A DNA stretch of 64,000 nucleotides from Salpingoeca rosetta (Eukaryota; Protista; Choanoflagellata): contig JAWQFM010000001.1 of assembly GCA_033442325.1 (NCBI GenBank), positions 2,502,973-2,566,972 on the forward strand, given 5' to 3'. This document shows, piece by piece, positions 26,962 through 48,734 of the stretch. Below the pieces are notes generated by a model that saw only the letters and a program-made list of their open reading frames with translations, did no database searches and was not told the origin of the DNA. Every line of letters begins with the position of its first letter. Positions within the stretch are counted from its first letter, which is position 1. The translations under genes and the position numbers were made by a program.

Positions 26962-27726
26962 CCCCTCGCACTCCGTCCCTGTTGTTGTTACTTTGGTCGA
27001 TAAGCGAATGGCGATCAGTTGGTTGTGTGGAACGTCTTGTTGTTGATGACGATAAACAGCAGCAAATCAGGCAACAGCAAAGCTGCGTTGTGACGACACA
27101 AGAACAGGCGAGGTGCGCGGGAACACCAACAGTGGCGGCAACAACTGCACAGCAGCAGCGAGCAAGTGACAATGCTGAGCACGTGGCGCGTGCATGAGGT
27201 GTACGTGGGCATGTCTCGCCAAGGGGAGAAGACCAAAAAGGAATGAAGGAAGACACAGAACTGAAAGGAAGAAAGACACAGAACAGAAAGGAAGAAGAAA
27301 CACACAGAACAGAAAGGAAGAAGAAACGCGCGTGAGGGCGACCAACATAGCAATAGCGCCCGCTTAAGCAACAGCGACCTTGACATGTTGCGGAGGCGGC
27401 AAGTCAGGCACAGAACAGATTGTTATGGCTCATTTCATACACTGGGGAAGAGACACCGAACATCACACAGCCACGTGGTGACTGTATGTGAAGTTAAATA
27501 GCAATCGCACAAGGGCAGCAACAAGCAATACATAACTCAAGAACGAGGCAAATACCATAAGATGCCGAGAGACCGACATATTTGTGTGTGCGTGTGCGTG
27601 TGCATGCGTGTGCACAGCACTAGAACTCCTCGATCCAAACCACACCCATCACAGCTGGCCTTGCGCGCCCACTCGTCAACACGCACGTGCGTGTGCGCGG
27701 GTGTGTGTTTGTGTTTGTATGTGTGT

Positions 27727-28534
27727 TCAGAGGTCGAAGCGAACGAGGGGCTGCAGTCCGTGATTGAGGGGTTTGCGGAGGGAGAGGAGGAGCTCTGCCG
27801 TCTGCATCATCATGACTTGCTGGTGCTTGCTCATGTTGAAGTTGTCTGCCACGTATTGCCAGTGCGGGTGGTGCTCGTACAAGTGCTTGAAGAAGCTAAA
27901 CAATACGGAGGCATGAGCGGAGACGACATATGAAGGGAATGTGAGATGGCGTTGGGCGTTGCAAGCACTGGTGTGTATGCAAGGAGGAGGGTTCAGGAGG
28001 ACGACGCGATGCCCATATGTGGTTCACAACATACACAACCCATACACACGCACGCACACGCACACACCCACACACACAGACAACACACCTGTTGTTTTGG
28101 CGGTATGACTTGTGGCAGTGTGGGCACGACGTGTCCACGGCGCCGTTCTTGCGAACATCATCCATCTCTCCGTCCGAAGAGGAGGAGGAAGATAAAGTAG
28201 TAGCAGAAGCTGCCGTTGCTGCTGCTGCTGCTGCTGCTGCTTTTGCCTTATGGTACTTGCGTGCGGTGTTGCGGGAGGCACGACGGCCGCGGCGCACGTG
28301 CAGATAGCGCTCGCGCGCCTGCTTGCGGAGCTGCATGGCCTCCTCCCAGGACGTCTCGTTGGGGATGTCGTCGAAGATGAAGTGCACGTCGTCCAGCTTT
28401 CCCGACGACAGCAGCTGCCTGTGCTGCTTGAGAATGCTTGTGTCGCTGGCGCTCTTGTGGCGGATGGTGCTTGCCTTTGCTCCCCGTGCAATCGCCGCTG
28501 GCTGTTGCAGAGGCAGTACGGCCTGCACCACCTC

Positions 28535-28574
<40 letters not shown>

Positions 28575-29545
28575 ATCACCTTTGCGCGCTTGGTGGCTGG
28601 ACCGTCGTCATCAGCTTGGCCATCGCCGCCGTTGTTGTTGGCGCCAACATGGTCGAGCTGGTGCCCGAGGCTGCCGGTGTCAACCTCGCCCTCGTTATCG
28701 TCCTCAACGAGCGGCTCCAGCGTCGGCTGATGCAGTGGGCGGATCCACTTGCTGGCGTCCTCCTCCGCGTCGCTGTCGTGCTCTGCCTCGCTCTCACTCT
28801 CGTTCACCCGGCGCCCGTCCACGCTCGCGCTGCTTGCGCTGCTTGCGGTGCTGCTGCTGGTGGCCGGGGACGCGCACTCACGACGTGCGTGCTCATGCAC
28901 GCTGTGGTGGCGGTGGTGGTGGTGCACAATGGCCTGCGGTGGCGGCGGGGAGCTGCTTGGCGTCTGGGGTGAGGCCGGCTGGCTGTTGCTGGCGTGGGAC
29001 TGCGGGGACGACGAGGAAGCGAGCCGGGCCAGTGCCTTGAGGGAGGGCTCGGCCGACTGCGAGCGCCCTGTGTGGGTCCATGACGAGAGGTGCTTGGCGG
29101 ACGAAGCGCGGGCCGTGCCGTAGATGGTGAAGGCCTTGTTGGCGGCGGCGGAGGTGAGCTCGATGGCGCTCTTGCTGCGGCGCGGTTTTGGCGTGGATGA
29201 CGCGTGACGCGAGCCGGGGGAGTGCTGGTGCTGGTACCTGTGGCGGTGACGGTGGCGCTTGCTGCTGTTGTGGTGGCTGCTGGTGCGGGTGGGGGAAGTT
29301 GTTGGTGAGGAAGCTGCAGAAGACGCCGGGGAGAGGGAAGCCAACGAGGCAGCGGCGATGTTGGGAGGGAGTGTGGGTGTTGTTGGTGTGATGGCGGCTG
29401 GTGGCGTGGGCTTGTTCATGCCCGGGTTCTTTGCAAAGCAGAAGGAGGCCATAAACGGGGGGAACTCAGTGGCCAGGTGCTGCTGGTGCTGGGCGCGGCT
29501 AGCGAACGTGACTGGCGGATAGCGGAAGGCAAACGCACGATCCAT
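27727..29545 (-). CDS. C2H2 zinc-finger protein with long disordered S/H/Q-rich region; 2 exons (28089-29545, 27727-27895)
   Basis: MDRAFAFRYPP...CPHCHKSYRQNN|SFFKHLYEHHPHWQYVADNFNMSKHQQVMMMQTAELLLSL...RFDL-TGA. Intron 27896-28088 is GT-AG and completes the finger. Confidence 0.78.
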
Positions 29546-29632
29546 CGTTGGTGGTGACGGTGCTGGAGTGAAGAGAGAAGAGACAAGAGACAAGAGATAA
29601 GATGAAGGGGTTGCTGAGAAGAGAGAGAAAGA

Positions 29633-29636
<4 letters not shown>

Positions 29637-29710
<74 letters not shown>
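29637..29710. repeat. (GA)n microsatellite upstream of the C2H2 gene
   Basis: Directly visible. Confidence 0.95.
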
Positions 29711-29712
<2 letters not shown>

Positions 29713-29894
29713 AAGAGAGACAAAGGGGGGGGGGAGGTACTGATCGCGAATACGAAACGATGAAGAGGAGTTGGCTGGTATGGGTTGGTTGGTTGGTTGG
29801 TTGGTGGGAAAGGAAAGGAAAGGGAAGGAGCTCGCTTGCTGCTCTTGTAGCAAGGGAGCTGTTGATGGAGAGGGTTGGCTGATTTGAATGCAGC

Positions 29895-30023
29895 AAGAAG
29901 AAGAAGAAGAAGAAGAAGAAGAAGAAGAAGAAGAAGAAGAAGAAGAAGAAGAAGAAGAAGAAGAAGAAGAAGAAGAAGAAGAAGAAGAAGAAGAAGAAGA
30001 AGAAGAAGAAGAAGAAGAAGAAG
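29895..30023. repeat. Pure (AAG)~43 trinucleotide repeat
   Basis: Directly visible, uninterrupted. Confidence 0.97.
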
Positions 30024-30885
30024 CAGGTTGGTGTGGTAGAGATGCGCGCTCGGAGACAAGGGTCAATGAATGTGGTTGGTATGGAAAGGGTGCGCAAAGT
30101 AATGTCTGTCTTGTGTGTGTTGTGTGTTTGCTGAGGCGAGAACTGAGGCACGCACAGCGGCACAACCCAGCCTTGGTGGTGGAATGCAGGAGCGGAGACT
30201 GCGAGGGAAGGGGGGAGCTTGGTCACTGGATCGCGCGGATTGTTGGGATGGAAACTTGTGTGCATGTGTGTGTGTATGTGTGTGTGTGTGTGTGTGGAAG
30301 CGAACAACCAAAACTTGGAGCTCTACGCGCCACGCGTTGTTGCATGGGAATGCTCGAGATCACAAAGGCACACACACCACCCAGGCAACTGCGTGCCGTC
30401 CCATGACAACCTTGCCACAGCAACCACTGTCAGTGAAGCTACGCTCTTGTTGTTTGCTGTTGTTCGCTGTTGCTGCTGCGGGTGCGCGACTTGCTTCACA
30501 TGACATGTGGGTGTCGTGACTTCTTTTCGTGCCATGCATCAATCACATGCCTCCACACGGCATGCACGGCCCACAAACTAACATGAAGGCGAGCGCGCTG
30601 CGTTGTCGCTGGGGCGCGTTCCAGTGTTGCCGTGCGTTCCATCCCGTTGCCAGTGGCGGACAAGTGGTGTGGGTGTGGCGAGAGGTGTGCATGGCATTCA
30701 AGGTACGCCCGCAGATTGAAACTCGTAACAGCTCCTCTTCGGTGCCTCGAACGGCCAAAGTTGAAGCAATGCTTGAAAACATGTTTTGGAAATTTTGGCG
30801 GCGGCCGACACAAAGAAGAGCCGTTTTCCGTTCCAGCCACAAAGCAAAGCACAAAGCACACAAAGCACACAGGAAGGAAGGAAGG

Positions 30886-36569
<5,684 letters not shown>

Positions 36570-36762
36570 CCGCCTCACAAGGACAGCAACAGCAACAGCG
36601 TGTTTTTGTGTGACCTGCCGATGTAGCACGTGTGTTTCTCTGCTTTGCGCTTCTCTCTACTTGTCGCTCCAGCACCGTTCAACATCTTCTTTCCTCTTAA
36701 CATAGCATGATCGTTATCGTTGACCCAGAAAGCACCCGCTAAACAGTCACTCGGAAGCACTG

Positions 36763-36832
<70 letters not shown>

Positions 36833-37313
36833 GACACTTGTATGCGCCAAACGACGCTGCGTCGGGCACACAACTTCCCGACCGTGAAGGAGAAGACGAG
36901 GTGGTGGTTTACTGCAGCAAGGACTGGCGGGCGCGACGTCAACAATCACAATCACAGACACAGGCCGAACATGCCAGAGGCAGTGGCCTGTTTGTGCGTC
37001 AGGCATTTGGTCACACTTGCAAACACAGAAACACAGCGACACAGGTCACCCAGCAAGCACGATGGCTCGGTAGTCATGCAATGTAAACCACACAGCCACA
37101 CATGAAACTTTCGGGAAACACGACAAAACTGCCTTGGGCACGACAACACCACGTGGGTTGAAGATACCAAGTGAGGCAGGGACAAATAGCCGAAGTCACA
37201 GCCACGAGGAACAACGGAGGCAACAGCGAGGAACAACGAGGTAATTCAACAGCACAACAACCAACGGGAGCAGAACAAAACGAGAATGAAGGCAAACAGC
37301 GCGGACACCCTTC

Positions 37314-37721
37314 TTACTCCTTCTTCTTGCCGCCAGTGGCGAGCTTGATCACCACAGCCCAACCAGCAAGGACGGCAAAGGTCATCTGTAGTTTGCAAGA
37401 GCGCGCAAGCGTGAGAGGAGGTAAAACAGGGTGACCGACAACAGGGTTGTGCAGCAACGGAACGCAGACGACGGCGACGAGAAGAAGACGCAAAGTGTGC
37501 ATCATCATGTGCTCGAAAAGGCAAGCAAACACAAGCACAAGCACGCAAGGGCAAGCACGCTTACACACACATACACACACACGCACAAGCACGCACAAGC
37601 ACACGCACAAAAGCACACACGCGCGCGCGCAAACACTCACGTTACGACGGCCGGTCATGGTGGAGTTGTTGAGGACGGCGCTGATGCCCTTCTGTGCTGC
37701 CTGGCCTGCGGGAGCTCCCAT
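37314..37721 (-). CDS. ATP5MK: Mitochondrial ATP synthase membrane subunit K (DAPIT/USMG5)-like microprotein, 50 aa, 2 exons (37641-37721, 37314-37385)
   Basis: MGAPAGQAAQKGISAVLNNSTMTGRRN|gtgagt...ctacag|MTFAVLAGWAVVIKLATGGKKKE-TAA. Resembles DAPIT GIKKYFNSYTLTGRMN followed by one TM helix and a basic tail. Confidence 0.75.
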   Translation of the reverse strand: MGAPAGQAAQKGISAVLNNSTMTGRRNVSVCARACVLLCVCLCVLVRVCVCVCKRACPCVLVLVFACLFEHMMMHTLRLLLVAVVCVPLLHNPVVGHPVLPPLTLARSCKLQMTFAVLAGWAVVIKLATGGKKKE

Positions 37722-38673
37722 GTTGCTGGTTGTTCTTGTCGGTGTGTGTGTGTGTGTTTGCAGTTGCTTTGATATTGGTTGGTTGAAAATGCACAAGACG
37801 TGCGTGTGTGGAAAAACATCTGAAATCTTTCGTCAGTTGTCCGCTTTCTCTTCCAGTCTTCCGCTCTCCTCTCCTTCTTCTCTTCTTCCTCCAATCCCTT
37901 TGCTGCCTTCTTTGCCATGGCAAGGAAGGGGAACCCCCCACAACCATAAGAGCACAGGACAAACAACAAAAGGAGAAACAAAACACGGCATGTGCTATGC
38001 TGAGAGGATGAGCACAGCGACAAGGCGACAAGCAAGAAGCAATGCAATGTAAGAACAAATGTAAAACACAGAAGGAAGAACAAGCCACGTGAACAGCACA
38101 TGTGTCTATGCGTACGCAGAGCACCTCATGGATTAGGATCACTGCTCGGTGCATGCAGGCAAGCACACGTGTGCAACAGGTAGGCGGGTAAGTCAAGGGG
38201 GGAAAGGACGCCTCAACACACACACACACACACACACAAAATGTAAGAAACACACAAAGACACAAGCGGTTTAAGAATGAAACAGTACAACAGAAGAGAC
38301 AACCAAACCAAACAGCAGAAACATCCAGCACGTAGGAGTGGGGGGGGGGGAGGAGGCAGGAGCCAGGGTAGCCGACATGCAAAGAGGCACAGCAGCACGC
38401 CTCTTGATGGGCAGTTGGCAGGAGCGAAGCAGCAACTTCAGTTGATTTGGGTTGAGAGTTGAGTGCGGCGAGGCACGTTCGTCAATCAGGGGTCAGCAGT
38501 CAGCCAGCAGAGCGGGGATGGCGCAGAAGCGCGGGTGTGGGGTAGGCTTCTTCATCGGCAACATCAGTGCCCACACCAGGGAGCGTGAGAGAAGGAAAAT
38601 AGGGAAGCAATGGTTGGAAGAAACGTTCAACCAAAGGTTAAGTGAACCAGGTCCGGCCATGACGACTCGGACC

Positions 38674-38746
<73 letters not shown>

Positions 38747-38760
38747 GTGTGTGTGTGTGT

Positions 38761-39184
38761 NNNNNNNNNNNNNNNNNNNNNNNNNNNNNNNNNNNNNNNN
38801 NNNNNNNNNNNNNNNNNNNNNNNNNNNNNNNNNNNNNNNNNNNNNNNNNNNNNNNNNNNNNNNNNNNNNNNNNNNNNNNNNNNNNNNNNNNNNNNNNNNN
38901 NNNNNNNNNNNNNNNNNNNNNNNNNNNNNNNNNNNNNNNNNNNNNNNNNNNNNNNNNNNNNNNNNNNNNNNNNNNNNNNNNNNNNNNNNNNNNNNNNNNN
39001 NNNNNNNNNNNNNNNNNNNNNNNNNNNNNNNNNNNNNNNNNNNNNNNNNNNNNNNNNNNNNNNNNNNNNNNNNNNNNNNNNNNNNNNNNNNNNNNNNNNN
39101 NNNNNNNNNNNNNNNNNNNNNNNNNNNNNNNNNNNNNNNNNNNNNNNNNNNNNNNNNNNNNNNNNNNNNNNNNNNNNNNNNNNN
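38761..39184. other. Assembly gap
   Basis: Run of N flanked by GA/GT repeats. Confidence 1.
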
Positions 39185-39196
39185 GAGAGAGAGAGA

Positions 39197-39239
<43 letters not shown>

Positions 39240-39386
39240 TGTGCGTGTGCGTGTGCGTGTGTGTGTGCGTGTGCGTGTGTGTGTGCTGAACACAGGAGTC
39301 CAGAAAAGAAAGAAATGGTAATTGAACAGTATCACGTTCCTGGTGCGGACACGGTGTTTGGATGCATGAGGATGAAGTGACGACAA

Positions 39387-41087
39387 TCATTGGCTGGGGT
39401 CGTCATCTTCGAAAAGCATGCGCTTCGCTCGCTTGTTTGCGAGAGGGGGGAGCTGGTCTGCTGTGGGGCTGGGGTCGCTCGTGCTGCTGGTGCTGTCGAC
39501 ATTGATGGGGTGCTGATCTGGCTGCAAGTCGAGCAACTCGGACGGCAGCAGCTCATCCTCAGGCTCAAGGGTCCAAGGACTTATGGCTTCAGGCCACCAT
39601 GCTTGGTCAACTGCACCGCCATCCTGTGCCTGTGCCTGTGCCAGTGTGTCAAAACCACCAACGAGCGTAGAGTCTGCTGTTGCGGGTAACCCTGCCGGAT
39701 GTCTGCTGGCATCGAATGCGTAAGTGGTACCCAGCATCGAAGCAGAGGCGTCCTGGGCACCTCCTGCCATGAATTCCACACGTGATTCCAGCGAGAGGTC
39801 ACGACTGTCTTCGCCAGTCAGTGTGACAGGTCGGGTGCGCACACGCTCCAAAGCACCTTCATGACGAGGCGTGCGTGACATGGGTTGCTCCCCGCTGTCG
39901 GTGAACGTAAACGCGCCCCCATCTGGAGCAAGGGTGGCAGTTGCTGGTGTCGAGCCACCATGGCATAGGGATGACGGCTGCTGTTGTGGTTGTGGTGGCG
40001 GTGGTGGCGGTGGTGACGGTGGTGGTGGCGGTGTCCACGATTCTTGCTGGAGCATCAACTTGCCGGCCACCCCTGGCGTAAAGGGCTCGTCACGCATGCA
40101 TGCACTGGACGACGTGTCGGTCGATTGTTGGGCGGCAGTGCTGGCGGAAGCTGTGCCACACTCGGGCTGGTCCTGCGACTGCAGGGGGTTGTGTTGCAGC
40201 AGCAGGGAGAGCACGGCCAGCAGCCAGTGTGGATGTTCGAGCAGTGCTAGCAGGGCTTGCTGAAACAGCTGCTGCTGGTATCGCACCAATTGTTGCTGCA
40301 TCAGGTCATGCGCACATGGCCGCGAGCGTGGTTGCGGCTTGCGCTTTGACGGGTTGCGCAGCTGACACACTTTGCTGTCAAACGTGTTCACGCGTTTCTT
40401 CTGCAGGTCCTTCAGCGCCGCTTCTGCTGCAGAATTGCCAGGGAAGAGGGTCTGGAACATGGCCTTGCTCAGGCAGCCGAGTCGCTGCTTCAATTCCTCC
40501 CGGTCTTGCGCGGTTTCCAGCAGGTACCAAGCAGCGCGCTGAGCTTGCAGAGGCGGCGTGCGCTCGTCGATAATGGACCGGTACGCGAAGACCTTGTTCT
40601 GCAGCTCGTCGGTCGCTGCCGTCTCTTGGCAGCCGCGAGCCTCACAGAACAGCCTGCTGACGTCCATGCGTTTGAACACCTCGGCGTTGAAGTGGTCAAA
40701 CAGTGACGGGGGCGTCGGGCGCTGTGGGCTCGAGTTGAGCACTGCTTTTGCAGCTGCAGTACTCACAGACTGCTTGGACATCACTGAGCGTACGATGAGT
40801 TCAGCACGGGTTAGTATGCGCAGACACTCCTCTCGCGGGTTCTCGAGGGAAGAAGGCGGGCGCTCACCAAACACCGTGATGACGACGTCATCGGGGACCA
40901 GCTCCTGAAGCACCTGGTCTTTGAGATGCTCCGGGATTTGGCCGAGGAGGTCCTCAAGGGCGATGAGCGGTGTGAAGCGTTTCAGCAAAGTCACAAACGC
41001 TGAAGCGGGCGGCACCTCTTGGCTTGTCAGCGGTTGCGGGTTCGCCTCCCGGATAGCGGCCTGCAACTGATCCCAGCGCTGAGCCAT
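39387..41087 (-). CDS. Intronless orphan protein (~566 aa): helical N-terminal half, Q/P-rich middle, acidic tail with KRAKR
   Basis: Long ORF 39387-41306 with first in-frame ATG at 41087. It contains no dinucleotide repeats and has coding-like composition. No family recognised. Confidence 0.65.
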   Translation of the reverse strand: MAQRWDQLQAAIREANPQPLTSQEVPPASAFVTLLKRFTPLIALEDLLGQIPEHLKDQVLQELVPDDVVITVFGERPPSSLENPREECLRILTRAELIVRSVMSKQSVSTAAAKAVLNSSPQRPTPPSLFDHFNAEVFKRMDVSRLFCEARGCQETAATDELQNKVFAYRSIIDERTPPLQAQRAAWYLLETAQDREELKQRLGCLSKAMFQTLFPGNSAAEAALKDLQKKRVNTFDSKVCQLRNPSKRKPQPRSRPCAHDLMQQQLVRYQQQLFQQALLALLEHPHWLLAVLSLLLQHNPLQSQDQPECGTASASTAAQQSTDTSSSACMRDEPFTPGVAGKLMLQQESWTPPPPPSPPPPPPPQPQQQPSSLCHGGSTPATATLAPDGGAFTFTDSGEQPMSRTPRHEGALERVRTRPVTLTGEDSRDLSLESRVEFMAGGAQDASASMLGTTYAFDASRHPAGLPATADSTLVGGFDTLAQAQAQDGGAVDQAWWPEAISPWTLEPEDELLPSELLDLQPDQHPINVDSTSSTSDPSPTADQLPPLANKRAKRMLFEDDDPSQ

Positions 41088-41994
41088 CCTGTCGTTGGTG
41101 CTGTGCTTGTCTGGTACCGGGTTGTCGACGGTTCTGCTCCGTTCTTCGGTGGCGGAAATGAGGGAAGCGCGTCCGTGATCACTACTGCAAGACGATGCGG
41201 TTCTGCTGGCAGGCTGCTCGTCGACTGCTGCGGCCGCGGCACTTGCTTTCGAGTGCTTGGTGTTTGGTGCTTGTGGGTTGAATGTAGGGTGGAGTTGCCC
41301 GCGCACCCTCTGTCGGGGAGCGAGCGGTGGTGAGGCGGGCTGGCTGCGTCGCTGGAGGTGGTGATCTTCAGCGGTGCTGGGAAAAATGGCGAGGAAGCAA
41401 AAAGGAAAAGGAAAACAGAAAAGAGAACAGCAAGCAAGGAGCGCAGTGCTTTACCTGCTTTCTTGCTTGCTTGGGAACTCTGGCAAGCCAGCCAGTTCGT
41501 CGAACAAGAGAAAAGACGGCTCACTTTCTTCTGCTGCTTTCTTCTTGCTTGCTGCGACAGACATGGTCGCGTACACTGCCACAAAATTCGTTGAGCTGTG
41601 AGCTACTGGCTCACATCTTCGCTCTTTCGCTCCACCCTTGAAGGAAAGTGGTTGCTCACGTCGCTGCTTGCTTGCTTGCAGGCACACATGGAAAACATGG
41701 CCAAATCTTTCAACAACTGTCGTTTCCCAGTCATGTATTTGCCACATGACTGTTGGCAAACCGTCTTTTGCCCACTGTGCTCGTGAGATTTTCTGCGCAT
41801 GTTTTCCACAACTCTTCCAAACTTGCCAATTTTTGTTTCAGCCACCAGCCAAAGCACAACAACAACAAAAACCGTCTCCCTGCCTGTCTGTCTTGCTTGC
41901 CTTCCTCTCTTCCTCCTCTTCCTTCCACCCATCCTCCTCCCCCTTCCATCCTCGATCTGTCTCCTTCCCCTCGCCGGCTGAGCCACACCACGAG

Positions 41995-48174
<6,180 letters not shown>

Positions 48175-48182
48175 TTGCGGCA

Positions 48183-48252
48183 GTGGTGGTGGTGGTGATT
48201 GTGGTGGTGGTGGTGATTGTGGTGGTGGTGGTGATTGTGGTGGTGGTGGTGG
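48183..48252. repeat. Short tandem repeat (GGTGGTGGTGATTGT-like, 18-nt period) just after the KATNB1 stop
   Basis: Directly visible, 3-4 copies. Confidence 0.85.
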
Positions 48253-48592
48253 ATGGCTGGGTTGCTGTAGGTTCATGGAAAACCATGCCTGAGAAGCGAC
48301 AGGGAGGCTGGCGGCCCTTGTGATTGTTTGCATTTACCCTTTGATGACAGAAAGCCATGTAGACATATGCAGATGTGTTGGTGTGTTGTTTTTGTTTTGC
48401 TGCCCATATGTTATGCTGTGGTGTTTTGTTGCAGGCGCGTGACTGTTGCTTGCTTCCCTTCTCCTATACATCCCCTTCCCTTCAGGAATTACAAGGTTGT
48501 GTATTTGAACCTACGCTTGGCACTGTTGGCAGAAGCAACAGCAAACTTGAAACTGGGAGAAAGCAGACTGCAACGCGACAGCACACGACAAT

Positions 48593-48683
<91 letters not shown>

Positions 48684-48734
48684 ACTCTTTCACGGCCACT
48701 GCTCAAGGATGGAATGGCTTGGACTTTGACTGGC

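Noticed and set aside
29546-30406. Poly-Phe, poly-Leu, poly-Ser and poly-Glu ORFs (e.g. the N-terminus of 27896..30307, and 29888..30406)
   Set aside because: Translations of the GAA and GA repeats. The plausible start is ATG 29545.
38400-38665. Possible small gene or extra exon on the minus strand next to the gap
   Set aside because: No convincing acceptor or homology; compatible with 3' UTR or intergenic sequence.
48183-48252. Regularly spaced repeat considered as CRISPR-like
   Set aside because: Head-to-tail tandem repeat without unique spacers, in a eukaryotic context with no cas genes.
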